From Candidatus Rariloculaceae bacterium (GTDB lineage: Bacteria; Pseudomonadota; Gammaproteobacteria; Steroidobacterales; Rariloculaceae), in assembly GCA_965204155.1 (NCBI GenBank), contig OZ241971.1, forward strand, positions 2,304,100 to 2,368,099: DNA of 64,000 nucleotides. Direction: 5' to 3'. The position numbers and the translations under genes were made by a program. Below the pieces are notes generated by a model that saw nothing but the letters and a program-made list of their open reading frames with translations, was not told the origin of the DNA and did not search any database. Below are positions 26,829-37,043 of the stretch, piece after piece (position 1 is the stretch's first letter; the number at the start of each line of letters is the position of its first letter).

Positions 26829-29800
26829 TCACTCCAGAGGATATTCGTCCACGTAGAGTATCAGGCCGTCGACGCTTTCGAGCACGGTTGCGAGGCGTTG
26901 CGGGTCCGGGGCGCTTTCGATGCCGCCGAGGTTGTCTGAGATCGCCTCCAGGTTGCCGCGGAACTGCGCCAGTTGTTCCGGCGAGAGCCTGGTATCCTGC
27001 TCGGCCAATGCCGTGAGGTAGCCGTTGGTGGCGCTGGCCAGGAAGGCGGAGGACTCCACCAGCCGGCCGGCGTCGCCGAGAATGCGGGCGCTCATGGCGC
27101 GCAGGTTGTGGACGTTCTCGTCGGCCGCGAGGATCAGCACCTGCTCGATGAGCGCCATCGCCTCCGCCGCCAGGCGCCGCGCGTCATCGGCCTGCGCCTC
27201 ATCGGCCTCAAACGCCTCCGCCATGTTGACCCGCCACCCCGCACGCAATCTCACCACCTCCCGGAACCACACATCGGTCGGGATGCTTCCCGCCAGTTCC
27301 CCGTCCAGCGCCGCCAGTGCCGCCCAGTCTTCGGCGGCTTCATGCGCAAGCCCCTCGACCACCGCCGCCGGGGCGCCCTCAAGCGCCGCGGCGATCTCCG
27401 CGATGTCCTCCGGCGCCTCGCCCCGGCTCAGCGCGACGATCCAGTCGCGGACCGCCGCGTAGCGCGCCTGCATGTTCAGCGGGTCGGCCCTGATCGCGTT
27501 GAGGAACGATTCCGGGGCCCGCTCCGCCTGTCCGGTGGCCTGGAACAGCAGCGCGTAGACCTCGAACTGCCTGGAGAAATCGGGAATCGCCGGCGCCATC
27601 GCCGTGCCCCGCGACGTCTGCCCCATGAGTATCAGCCGCCGCGCCAGGTAGCCGTAGTCGATGCCGCCCAACTCGGTGTGGACCCAGCTTCCCGCGGTCA
27701 GCAGCGGATCGTACGGCTCGAACAGCTCCAGCAGCTCTTCGAGATTCAGTCCGTCCCCCCGGGCGTGGCTGCGGGTCGCCATGAGGTTGTTGTCGTCGGT
27801 GCTGATCTCGGCGCGACGGGCGAACGACAGCATGCCCTGCTCGTCGATGGCCAGCGCCGCCACCAGGTCCTCCACGCCGTAGAGGCCGAAGCGGTTGAAG
27901 TGCAGCACGTCGTCGACGAGCGGCCGGCCGGTGCGCGCCAGCCCGAGTTCGACATCCAGCGGCGCGTCGGAGGCCAGGAACATCAGCACCTGCCTCCAGG
28001 GATGGTAGAGCCTGACGTACTCGAACTCCGCCATCAGCGTCGCGGCCAGGGTCCGCAACAGCGCCTCGTCCACGAATTCGGAGTTCATCCACTGCAGGAA
28101 CACGCCGCCGTCGTTGAGGTGGCCCTTGATGTCGGCCGCGAACTCGCGCGTGAACAGGTGCGAGGCGCCGGCGGTCCACGGGTGGGAGGGTTGCGAGACG
28201 ATCGCGTCGTACGACTTGCGGGTCAGCTTCAAAGCATTGCGGGCGTCGTTGATCGCGATACGGAACCGCGGGTCCGCCAGCGGATCGACGGCGCGCATGC
28301 CGGAGAGCCGCCGGTTCGCCTCGATCACTTCCGGTTCCAGCTCGACCACGTCGACGCTTGCCACCGAGGCCGGCACCCCTTCCAACGCCACGCCGCCGCC
28401 GAAGCCCACCACCAGCATGTCGCGGGTGTCGGGGCGCGCGGCCACGGGCAGCGCCGTCAGCCATTTCTGCGTGTCGAGGGTGGGCGGCATTCCCCTGACC
28501 GCGACGGAGGCTTCGGGAAGGCCGTTGGTGCGCAAGTAATAATATGTACCGGAGGCAAGCTGCATCACGGTGGAGGAGCGCCCGACGGCGTAATAGAGTT
28601 CCCGCGGAGGGGCCGGATAGCTGATGTCGAATCCGGAACTGAATACCAACGCCTGGGGCCGGGCCGGGCTGTAGATCGCCAGCACCGCCGCCAGGCCGGC
28701 GCACGCGACCCCCACGGGGACCGGTCTCGGCCTCGCCACGCACGCCGCCGCCCACAGCGCCAGGAAGAAATTGACGGCCACCGCGAACCGGATCGAGCCC
28801 TCGAACCCCAGGCCCGGCACGAGCACGAATCCCGCCAGCACCGCGCCGGCGATGGCGCCCACCGTATTCCAGGCGTAGATGCGCGCCGTGCCGGCCGTGG
28901 CCTCGCTCTCGTCGCGCGCCAGCACGCGCACCGACAATGGCAGCGTGGCGCCGATGAAGATGGTCGCCGGCAGCATCACCGCCACGGCGAACAGCGCCAG
29001 CGTCCAGGTGGTTCTGACGTCGGGAATCAGCAGCCCCATCCAGGCGTAGACCCCGATGGAGAGCACGCCAATGGCCGCCTGCGTGAACGCGAACGCCACC
29101 GCGGCCCGCTCGCGCCGCTCCGCCACCTTGCCCGCCAGGCCGCCGCCCAGCGCGATGCCGGTGAGGAACGCCGCCAGCATCGTGGCGAACGCGTAGATGC
29201 TGCCGCCGATCACATGCGCCAGCATCCGGGTCCAGAGCACCTCGTAGAGAAACGCGTTGGCGCCGGAGACCAGCATGAGCGGCAGCATCCACCCGGGCTG
29301 GGCGCGGAACACGGCCGCGAGCCTTTCCCGGACCGGCTCGGCCCGCCGGAACAGCGGCCGGATGCAGGCATCGGCGAACCCCGGCGGCCCGGCCGCGGCG
29401 CGCGCCCGCCCGGCGCCGTCCGCCTCGCCGGCAACGCTGTCGCGCTGACCCCGCGCCAGCGCCGCCGCGATGACGAACACCAGCGCGTTGACGGCCACGC
29501 CCACCCAGACGGTGCGGTTGAGTCCCAGCGCCGGCAGCAGCACGAAGGCCGCGGCCACCGTGCCGAACACTGCGCCGGCGGTGTTGATGGCATAGAGCAG
29601 GGCCACCCTCGGCCCCACTTCCCGGTCGCTCCGCACGGCATAGCGGATCAGCAACGGCAGCGTGGCGCCCATGAAGCCCGTGGGCACGGCCAGCACCACG
29701 AACGCCACCAGCAGGTAGAAGATCGGCTGGCCGATGGCCGCCGCGTCCGGCGGCGCGGGTTGCCCGCCAAGCATCGCCGCGTAGAGCGCCCGGGCCGCAA

Positions 29801-30257
29801 GCAGCAACAGCGGCACCGCCAGCGCCGACAGGGCGATCCCGGCCTCGAGAAGGCCGTACACCAGCACCGGGCGGGTGACGCGCCCGGCGTAGCGCCCGGC
29901 AACCGCCGAGCCCAGCGCCAGCCCGCCCATGTAGGCGGCCAGCACCGTGGCGACGGCGAGCTCGCTGGTGCCGAACACCAGCGAGAACTGCCGCAGCCAC
30001 GCGGTCTGGTACAACAGCGCCGCGAGGCCCGAAAGGAAGAAGCAGGCAATGACGCCGAAGTACACGAGCCACGGCGGCTGCTCCGGCGGTCCCGCGGGGG
30101 ACGGCGGCGCGGGGGGCGATGGCGCCCCGGACCGGGAAACGCCGCGGCGTTGCCCGCTTGCGCGCGCCGCGCCGCGGCGTTTCCGGGACTTGTGCCGTTT
30201 TCGGGAGTTACGCGACCCCACAATCATGGGTCCTGAAGGATGCCGGGCCGGGATCAT
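26829..30257 (-). CDS. Fused MFS-like membrane domain / spermidine-synthase-like domain protein with long helical C-terminal extension
   Basis: About 12-14 TM helices, then an aminopropyltransferase-like fold (MLVVGFGGGVALEG, VDVVELEPEVIEANRRL, GGVFLQWMN), then ~400 aa of TPR-like helical region. Confidence 0.8.
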   Translation of the reverse strand: MIPARHPSGPMIVGSRNSRKRHKSRKRRGAARASGQRRGVSRSGAPSPPAPPSPAGPPEQPPWLVYFGVIACFFLSGLAALLYQTAWLRQFSLVFGTSELAVATVLAAYMGGLALGSAVAGRYAGRVTRPVLVYGLLEAGIALSALAVPLLLLAARALYAAMLGGQPAPPDAAAIGQPIFYLLVAFVVLAVPTGFMGATLPLLIRYAVRSDREVGPRVALLYAINTAGAVFGTVAAAFVLLPALGLNRTVWVGVAVNALVFVIAAALARGQRDSVAGEADGAGRARAAAGPPGFADACIRPLFRRAEPVRERLAAVFRAQPGWMLPLMLVSGANAFLYEVLWTRMLAHVIGGSIYAFATMLAAFLTGIALGGGLAGKVAERRERAAVAFAFTQAAIGVLSIGVYAWMGLLIPDVRTTWTLALFAVAVMLPATIFIGATLPLSVRVLARDESEATAGTARIYAWNTVGAIAGAVLAGFVLVPGLGFEGSIRFAVAVNFFLALWAAACVARPRPVPVGVACAGLAAVLAIYSPARPQALVFSSGFDISYPAPPRELYYAVGRSSTVMQLASGTYYYLRTNGLPEASVAVRGMPPTLDTQKWLTALPVAARPDTRDMLVVGFGGGVALEGVPASVASVDVVELEPEVIEANRRLSGMRAVDPLADPRFRIAINDARNALKLTRKSYDAIVSQPSHPWTAGASHLFTREFAADIKGHLNDGGVFLQWMNSEFVDEALLRTLAATLMAEFEYVRLYHPWRQVLMFLASDAPLDVELGLARTGRPLVDDVLHFNRFGLYGVEDLVAALAIDEQGMLSFARRAEISTDDNNLMATRSHARGDGLNLEELLELFEPYDPLLTAGSWVHTELGGIDYGYLARRLILMGQTSRGTAMAPAIPDFSRQFEVYALLFQATGQAERAPESFLNAIRADPLNMQARYAAVRDWIVALSRGEAPEDIAEIAAALEGAPAAVVEGLAHEAAEDWAALAALDGELAGSIPTDVWFREVVRLRAGWRVNMAEAFEADEAQADDARRLAAEAMALIEQVLILAADENVHNLRAMSARILGDAGRLVESSAFLASATNGYLTALAEQDTRLSPEQLAQFRGNLEAISDNLGGIESAPDPQRLATVLESVDGLILYVDEYPLE

Positions 30258-30601
30258 AGCATCGCGCCGGCCTGTTTATGGCCGACACATATATAAAGAG
30301 AGGCTCATCCACGCGCAGGTCCCGATGCAAGGCACGCCGACCGCGGCCCCGCTCCCGCCGCGCTCGTGTAGCGCCGGACATCGAGATTTGTTGCGACGAA
30401 CGGGCGAGAATATGGTATGGTCGGCTTAAATCTGTTTCGCCCCGCCGCGAACTTTTATTGTATGCTTGCTTCAATACAAGGAAAAACGGGTCCAAAGCCG
30501 CCTTGCTATTGGGCTGAACCGCCGGGGTCCCCGGACAATTTGCTAGAGGATTCATAGCATTATTGTGGTTGACGGGTGCGAATAAGATTTTTGGAAAATC
30601 C

Positions 30602-30630
30602 TTGTACTAGGGGTTTATACTGGCTAGAAT
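30602..30630 (+). promoter_or_regulatory. Sigma70-like promoter upstream of the first autotransporter gene (-35 TTGTAC, 17-nt spacer, -10 TAGAAT)
   Basis: Hexamers at 30602-30607 and 30625-30630 in an AT-rich stretch about 105 nt upstream of ATG 30737. Sequence match only. Confidence 0.4.
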
Positions 30631-30736
30631 CCCGCCGTAATCGACGGTTTGCGTCGGTGGGAACAATCTGAGGTTGTAAGACGCAGCCAAATCGAGGAAA
30701 TTCGTGATGATTAATGACGCTTTAAAGGGGCATCTG

Positions 30737-33721
30737 ATGAATAGGGGAACGCTCATGATTCTGAAACGTTTGCTGGCGGTAGCCTTGGGCTCGCTGGGGT
30801 TGGGTGCCTTGGCCTCCGGGCCCGCGTTCGGCCAGGCGCCCGGATCGAGCAACATTCCGGCGCCCGACATCTTTGACGACCAGATCACGTGCACGCAGCT
30901 CCTGCCGACCGTGGAAGGGTTCAATTTGCCCAGCACGGTGCCGATGGGCGGCATGACGAGCCCTCTGGACGACCTCATCGGCATGGGCATCAACCAGCTT
31001 GTCGCCGGTGACACGATATTCGACGCTCTCACCGATGGCGCTGCGAAACTCGCGGGCCTCGGCTACGTGATTCCGCCCATGGGCATGAACTGCGGCGCCG
31101 GCGTGGGGATGGGGCCGACGCTCGGTACCATGAACATCGACGGCAACACCGACGGCGACTTTCTGGATGTCGGCGACACGCTCGCCTGGGGCAGCATCCC
31201 GAGGGACGTGGCCAACGGTTATTCGGACTTGCTCGACAAGTACGTGGCCGTCTACGGCGACCCCGGCGGCACGACCGGCGGCACGCTGAGAGCGCTGGAG
31301 GCCGCGCAGAAACTGCTGGACGAGACCGACGCCAGCCTGGAGGCGCTGGTCGATGCGAGGGCGAGGGCGCGCGACGACGCCCAGACGGCGCACAACAAGG
31401 CCCTGGCCGCGTTCAACTCCGCCAACACGGGCCCGATCTACGAGGCCGGCGTGGCGGAGTGGAGGGCGAAGGCCGCGGTATCGCAGTCCATCGCGGACTA
31501 CAACGAGCAGGTCGACAAGACCAACACCGCGCTGACGGCCCTGAACAACCTGCAGTATTCGGAATGGAACGTCGGCGACGAGGCCGCCAATTTCGCGGTG
31601 ACGCAGGGGAATTCCAAGTACGTGCCGCTCGCGAACACCTCGCTCGTCGGCACGGTGGTCACGATCGCCAACGGCATGGGGACCCTTGGTGCTCTCACCG
31701 CACTTGAAACTTACGCCGGCGGGACCACGGCCGCCCCCGTGGCCGGGACGCCGGCGATGGCCGCGACGGGGGTCGGGACCCCGACCGCGATGGCAGCGAC
31801 GGACTCCAGCAGCGCCAACAGCAACTTCACCACGCTGGGCGCACTGATCGTGCCGATGACTGCGACGGATCTCGACAACGATGGCGCGAGCTTCCTGGAA
31901 GCACTGGTACCCACAGCCAGCGCCAACGGTGCCGGCACCAACGACGTCACCACCATCCGAGATAGGGTCATGAACACCAGAATTGCCGCGGCGGCGCTGA
32001 AGAAGGCCGCGGACGAGAACACGAACCCGCGGTTCCAGGACCTCTACGACGAAGCCGCTCGGCGGGCCGCGCTGGAGCAGGAATACTACGACGCCGTGTG
32101 GGCCCGGGTGCTGGCCGACAACACGGATAGCCGCACCGCCCAGCAGAGGCTCCAGTACCTCGACACCAACTCCAATGGCATTAACGAAGCCACCGAGCAG
32201 ACGACAGCCAATATCAACAGCGCCTATGAAGCGAACCCGATCACGATCGCGGCGCGCAACGCCGCCTACAGCACGGAGTCGGGCAAGCGGATGGCTGAAG
32301 AGACATCCCTGAGAGGGCTGGTCGCGCAACGGGAGGCGGCGACCTCGGACGTTGTGGGGCATTTCACCAACGCGCAGTCGTTCTACCAGCAGTTGGTCGA
32401 CCGGCGCCAGGCGCTGAAGAATGCCGCCGACAAGGTGGTGATGGACGCCACGAACCCGTCCGCCGCGCAGACGAAGGCGGCGGCCGATGCAGGGAAGGCG
32501 TTGATGATGGCGCAAGACGAAAAGACCAAGATCGACGCCCTGTTCCCCGCGGAAGCGGACAATCCGGTCGTGGGTCTGGTCTCCGAGCTGCTGAAGACCG
32601 GCGGCGACGATGGCCAGGCGCTGGTGGACGCGATCTCCAGCACCTACGGCGATACGCAGGCCAACAAGGGCGAAATCGATACGCTCAAGAGTCAGCTCAC
32701 CGACGCGGACGGCAACCCGATCGACCTTACGAATCTTGGCGATACCGAAGCGGTCATGCAGAACACCAGCGACATTGAGACGCTGGACGGCCGGGTCACG
32801 GCGAACGAGGACGACATCGGGCAGATCCAGACCGATCTGTACGGGACGACTTCGTCGCAGCATGCCGATGCGTCGGCCTGCGCGGACGGCGCCGGCGGCC
32901 TGGTGAACATCGCCAACTGCGCCGACGCGCGCAGCCGACACAACGAGGAAGACATCGCCGACCTGGGTGGCGATATCGAGGCTCTCGACGGTCGGGTGGG
33001 CGACAACGAGGATGACATCGCGGCCAACACCAAGGCAATCGAGTCCAACGACATGGACATCGCGGCCAACACCGCGGCGATCGAGTCCAATGACATGGAC
33101 ATCGCGGCCAACACCATGGCGATCGAGTCCAACGACATGGACATCGCGGCCAACACCATGGCGATCGAGTCCAACGACATGGACATCGCGGCCAACACCA
33201 TGGCGATCGAGTCCAATGACATGGACATCGCGATGAACGCCGAAGGCATCATGACCAATGCAGGTAACATCATGGCCAATGCCGAAGCCATCGTGGCGGA
33301 AGCGTCGGAGAGAATGGGTGCCGACATGATGCTGGCCGGTGCGATCGAGGAGGCGGTGGCGGCCGGAGCCGCAGCCGACATGGCGCTGAGCGGACGGATC
33401 GGTTCGAATGCCGATGCCATTGCGGCGAACATGAACTCCATCGGTCAGAACGCGAGCGCGATCAGCGACAACCGCAACATGATCGGCGAGCTGAGCGACG
33501 ACCTGGACGTGGTCCGGGCCGGTGTGGCGGCGTCCATGGCGCTGGCGGGCATGCCGGCGGTCAACGGCCGCGGCATTGCCATCGGCGTTGGGTCGTTCGA
33601 CGGTGAGTCTGCCTTTGCGGTGGGCTTCCAGATCCAGGGCGAGCAGGCCTCGTTCAAGGTTGGCGTGACGAGCAGCGGTGGGGCGACGGGCGCCTCCGCA
33701 GGCGTGGGCTTCAACTTCTAG
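30737..33721 (+). CDS. Trimeric autotransporter adhesin-like protein TAA1 (head type A, stalk type 1, YadA-like anchor)
   Basis: Signal peptide MNRGTLMILKRLLAVALGSLGLGALASGPAFG; an AGGGGA Shine-Dalgarno favours the second ATG at 30755. Ala-rich coiled-coil passenger. C-terminal anchor VRAGVAASMALAGMPAVNGRGIAIGVGSFDGESAFAVGFQIQGEQASFKVGVTSSGGATGASAGVGFNF. Confidence 0.85.
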   Translation: MNRGTLMILKRLLAVALGSLGLGALASGPAFGQAPGSSNIPAPDIFDDQITCTQLLPTVEGFNLPSTVPMGGMTSPLDDLIGMGINQLVAGDTIFDALTDGAAKLAGLGYVIPPMGMNCGAGVGMGPTLGTMNIDGNTDGDFLDVGDTLAWGSIPRDVANGYSDLLDKYVAVYGDPGGTTGGTLRALEAAQKLLDETDASLEALVDARARARDDAQTAHNKALAAFNSANTGPIYEAGVAEWRAKAAVSQSIADYNEQVDKTNTALTALNNLQYSEWNVGDEAANFAVTQGNSKYVPLANTSLVGTVVTIANGMGTLGALTALETYAGGTTAAPVAGTPAMAATGVGTPTAMAATDSSSANSNFTTLGALIVPMTATDLDNDGASFLEALVPTASANGAGTNDVTTIRDRVMNTRIAAAALKKAADENTNPRFQDLYDEAARRAALEQEYYDAVWARVLADNTDSRTAQQRLQYLDTNSNGINEATEQTTANINSAYEANPITIAARNAAYSTESGKRMAEETSLRGLVAQREAATSDVVGHFTNAQSFYQQLVDRRQALKNAADKVVMDATNPSAAQTKAAADAGKALMMAQDEKTKIDALFPAEADNPVVGLVSELLKTGGDDGQALVDAISSTYGDTQANKGEIDTLKSQLTDADGNPIDLTNLGDTEAVMQNTSDIETLDGRVTANEDDIGQIQTDLYGTTSSQHADASACADGAGGLVNIANCADARSRHNEEDIADLGGDIEALDGRVGDNEDDIAANTKAIESNDMDIAANTAAIESNDMDIAANTMAIESNDMDIAANTMAIESNDMDIAANTMAIESNDMDIAMNAEGIMTNAGNIMANAEAIVAEASERMGADMMLAGAIEEAVAAGAAADMALSGRIGSNADAIAANMNSIGQNASAISDNRNMIGELSDDLDVVRAGVAASMALAGMPAVNGRGIAIGVGSFDGESAFAVGFQIQGEQASFKVGVTSSGGATGASAGVGFNF
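33017..33229 (+). repeat. Five in-frame 42-nt tandem repeats (IAANTxAIESNDMD) in the TAA1 stalk
   Basis: Read directly; the same block is present in TAA2 and TAA3. Confidence 0.85.
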
Positions 33722-33747
33722 CCCGACACTCGCAAGTCCCAAAACAA

Positions 33748-33780
33748 GCCGGCGGTCCGAGCAATCGGGCCGCCGGTATT
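33748..33780. terminator. Intrinsic terminator hairpin (ccggcggtcc-gagcaatc-gggccgccgg), copy 1 of 5; bidirectional position between convergent genes
   Basis: 10-bp GC stem with one G-U pair. Sits 27 nt after the TAA1 stop and 7 nt before the stop of the convergent ATPase gene. The T-tract is weak here (tatt). Confidence 0.55.
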
Positions 33781-33786
33781 CATATA

Positions 33787-35544
33787 TCAGCCGGCAGTGA
33801 CGGCCTCGCTGCCCACCAGTTCCCAGCCGTGGAACACCAGCGCAAGTCCAATGAAGGCCACGCCCGGAAACTGCCGCCCGAGGCGCTCTTCGGTGAGGTA
33901 GCGCCGCAACTGCCCGGCGGCCTCGCCCCTCAGCGCCTCCAGCCGCGCCCCGTTCGCCGGCTCGCGCCGCTTCAGGTACTTGAGCTCGATCAGGTATCCG
34001 TGGCGCGTGTCCGGGTACCGCGCCAGGTCCGGCTCCAGGGACAGGTCCGCGTAGCCCTTGCCGTATTCGGCCTCGGAACGGAACACGAACCGCTCGCCCA
34101 GGCTCAGGTACGCCGCCAGGAACCCCTGCAACACCTTCTCCCCCGCGATGTAGTCCCGGATGCCGGTGAAACGCTCGATGCGCCCGGCGATCGTCTCGAA
34201 CACCGGCGCCCACTCCCCGCGCAGGGCCATCGCCTTCAACAGCGGCCCCAACTCGAATGCACCCAGCGAAAACAGATCCATATCCTCATACGCGTCGCGC
34301 AGGAAACCGTACAGCAGGTGTCGTACCGTCCGATTCGGGATGCCCAGCGCGGTTTCCTCGCCCACTGCCCCGCGGATGCTCAACAGCCCGAAGAAGTGCA
34401 GCAGCGTGAGGAAGTTGTCGCGCTTGGCCAGGCGCTCCAGCGGGAAGCTGGGCTGCAGCCGGATCTCGGCCCGCTCCTCCCCGGCCAGGTGCCTCAACAG
34501 GTCGAAGTTGCCGTTCAACCGTTTGCCCACCACCAGCAGGTGGCGCAGTTTGGTGTAGTCGATGCGCACATTGACGTCGATCAGGTCGTCCGGCATCGTT
34601 CCCTGCCGGACGGATTGGTTCAGGTAATAGAGCACCATGTCGGTGTTGTACAGGGTAGTTTGCGAGGCCCGCGCGAACCGGTAGCCGTCGTACCACTCCC
34701 GCATAATGTCCAGCGCCTCGTCCACGTCCTGGGCGAACGCGCCCACGTCGCGGTAGCGCTCCAGCACGCCGCGCACCTCGGCCTCGGTGAAGCCCGCCAT
34801 CTCGTTGAAGTGGGGATCGAGGCTGATGTTGTCGCCGATGTTGAAGCCGCTGGTGACGTCGTCCAGCGTGATCGGCGAGACTCCGGTGACGAACAGCCGC
34901 CGCAGCGCGCCCTGCTCGGTCCCCGCCTTCAGCGTGGCGAAGAAGTCGCGGAAAAAACCCGTGCCGTGCGTGAACGACCGGTACGCCTCTTCGCCCTGTT
35001 CGGCCAGGATGGTGTTGGCGAAGTTGTCGTACTCGTCGATCAGCCCGTAAAGCGGGATGCCCTCGTCGACCGCGTGTTCGAACAGGCGCTCAAGCCTCGC
35101 CTCGGCGGATTCGGGCGCGAGGATATGTTCCCGCGCGTTCTCGGGAAACAAGTCCGGATGGCGCCTGACCGAGGCGGCCACCTTGTCGCCGACATGCAGG
35201 TTGAAGTTCTCCTCCAGCCCGTCGAGCGACCGCCTGAACGCCGAGAAATTGAACCGCAGGGTTACGTGGCTGTTGCGTTCCGGCGTAGGGTTCTCGCCGA
35301 TGTGCAGACCGCCGAACAAGGCGTCGAATTCCCCGGCGAAGCGCCGGTCGTAGTAGTGCTCCAGCACCGAGATCCAGCACGACTTGCCGAACCGGCGCGG
35401 GCGGATGAACACGGTAAAGCGGGTCCGCTCCAGTTCCCGAAGGAACCGGGTCTTGTCCACGTACAGATAGCCCTCCCGGCGGATGCTCCGGAAGTCGGCC
35501 AGACCGTAAGGAATGGGAGGGTAATCCACCATGCCGGCAAGCAT
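33787..35544 (-). CDS. AAA-ATPase-like / PD-(D/E)XK nuclease (PDDEXK_9, DUF1703-type) protein, paralog 1
   Basis: N-terminal YGLADFRSIRREGYLYVDKTRF..FIRPRRFGKS (P-loop-like). C-terminal GYADLSLEP...GYLIELKY nuclease-like core. Full-length paralog at 49772-51529. Confidence 0.8.
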   Translation of the reverse strand: MLAGMVDYPPIPYGLADFRSIRREGYLYVDKTRFLRELERTRFTVFIRPRRFGKSCWISVLEHYYDRRFAGEFDALFGGLHIGENPTPERNSHVTLRFNFSAFRRSLDGLEENFNLHVGDKVAASVRRHPDLFPENAREHILAPESAEARLERLFEHAVDEGIPLYGLIDEYDNFANTILAEQGEEAYRSFTHGTGFFRDFFATLKAGTEQGALRRLFVTGVSPITLDDVTSGFNIGDNISLDPHFNEMAGFTEAEVRGVLERYRDVGAFAQDVDEALDIMREWYDGYRFARASQTTLYNTDMVLYYLNQSVRQGTMPDDLIDVNVRIDYTKLRHLLVVGKRLNGNFDLLRHLAGEERAEIRLQPSFPLERLAKRDNFLTLLHFFGLLSIRGAVGEETALGIPNRTVRHLLYGFLRDAYEDMDLFSLGAFELGPLLKAMALRGEWAPVFETIAGRIERFTGIRDYIAGEKVLQGFLAAYLSLGERFVFRSEAEYGKGYADLSLEPDLARYPDTRHGYLIELKYLKRREPANGARLEALRGEAAGQLRRYLTEERLGRQFPGVAFIGLALVFHGWELVGSEAVTAG

Positions 35545-35652
35545 AGCAAAGCGACCGTTGCGGCGGTTACCTGATGACGTTACCGGGACATTAGTCGGGC
35601 CGAGGCGAATCTCTATCCCGGCAAGCAGGAGCTGAAAACTCGTTCGAAAGCG

Positions 35653-36924
35653 TCACGGCCCCAGTGCCGCGATGGGGATGACGGCCACGCCGTCCTCCCG
35701 CAGGTACCCGTAGCCGGCGCTTACGATGACCCCGAGCATCGCCGGCGGTCTCGTATTCTCCGTGTCCAGCCGGTCGCGGAACTTCAATAGCGTTCGTGCG
35801 GCGGCGTCGGTCTGGCCGGCCCCCAGTTTCACCTCGAAGGCGCACCATGCACCATGGCGGTCCTCCACCACCATGTCCACTTCGAGATCGGTGTTGTCCC
35901 GGTAGTGGCAGACGGAGGCATCGCAGGCTCGGGCATACACGCGGAGATCGCGATGAACCAGCGACTCGAACAGGACGCCGAGCAACTTCATGTCGGCCAA
36001 CAGCCGCTCGGGCGTGGCCCCCAGGGCCGCCGCCGCCAGCGATGGATCGGCAAAGTGGCGCTTCGGCGCCAGGCGCAGCCGTGACCTGGAGCGCAGGTGG
36101 GGCGCCCAGGCCGGCTGTTCCTCGTAGACCATCAACCGGCGCAGGGCGTTGAGGTAGCCGCGCACCGTATCTCCGTGCAACGGGCCGTCGCCGCCCCCGG
36201 CATCCGCCGCGATGGCACGGGCGCTGACCGTGGTCGCCACGTTCCGCGCCAGGGAGCGCAGCACCCTGCCCACGTTCACCGGGTCGCGGCGCACGCCGTC
36301 CACGCGGGAAATGTCGACCCGGCGGATCTCCTCCAGGTAGTCCGCGCGGGCGGTCAGGCAGGCGGCGTCGGTGCGTTCCAGGTCGCCGGGCCAACCGCCC
36401 CGGCAGATTTGCACGGCGATTTCCGGCAGCTCTGTACCAGTGTCCGGGCAGCCGCCGAAGCGGCCGTGCAGCAGGCCCCGCATCGAAATTTCACCCGAGG
36501 ACGCGCCGGTTTCCAGCAACGTCATCGGCCGCAGCCGGAGCCTCGATATGCGGCCCGCTCCGGTGTGGCGGGTGATGTCGTCGGCGGGTACGGCGGAGCC
36601 GGTCAGGATGAACTGCCCCTGGCTTTCGCCCCTGGCGACGTTTCGATCGACGGCTCGCCGAACGTGGTTCCAGATTGCCGGCTCGATCTGCCATTCGTCA
36701 ATCAGCCGCGGGCGGTCTCCCGCCAGCACCAGCCGGGGCTCGACGGCCAGCGCCTGGCGGGCGTTGTCGTCCACATCGAGCAGCACCTCGCTGGCCGCGA
36801 CCTGGAGGGCCATGGCGGTCTTGCCGCAGGCTCTGGGACCTTCGATGAGCACGGCCCCGGCAGCCTCCAGTCTGCGGACGAGTTCCGGGTCGCCGATGCG
36901 TGGGCGGTAGTCACTGCCTGACAT
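35653..36924 (-). CDS. AAA+ ATPase (AAA_14 domain) with C-terminal DUF4143
   Basis: Walker A GPRACGKT and Walker B LIDEWQ. C-terminal ..HYRDNTDLEVDMVVE..GAWCAFEVKLG restriction-endonuclease-like motif. Confidence 0.8.
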   Translation of the reverse strand: MSGSDYRPRIGDPELVRRLEAAGAVLIEGPRACGKTAMALQVAASEVLLDVDDNARQALAVEPRLVLAGDRPRLIDEWQIEPAIWNHVRRAVDRNVARGESQGQFILTGSAVPADDITRHTGAGRISRLRLRPMTLLETGASSGEISMRGLLHGRFGGCPDTGTELPEIAVQICRGGWPGDLERTDAACLTARADYLEEIRRVDISRVDGVRRDPVNVGRVLRSLARNVATTVSARAIAADAGGGDGPLHGDTVRGYLNALRRLMVYEEQPAWAPHLRSRSRLRLAPKRHFADPSLAAAALGATPERLLADMKLLGVLFESLVHRDLRVYARACDASVCHYRDNTDLEVDMVVEDRHGAWCAFEVKLGAGQTDAAARTLLKFRDRLDTENTRPPAMLGVIVSAGYGYLREDGVAVIPIAALGP

Positions 36925-37043
36925 GGCCTCGAATCCTCACTGAGCGGGTATTCGCAATGAATTTAACAGGCCATTTGCAACGAATGCAATAGGTCGTTTG
37001 CAACGAATGCAGCAGGGAATTTGCAAAAAAACGTATTGCCCGA

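Noticed and set aside
30258-30600. The long AT-richer intergenic region upstream of TAA1, including a small inverted repeat (ttgtat-N10-atacaa near 30455-30480) and ORFs 30278-30517(+) and 30208-30555(-).
   Set aside because: The ORF translations are Arg-rich nonsense and the inverted repeat is short (6 bp). The region is treated as divergent promoter space only.
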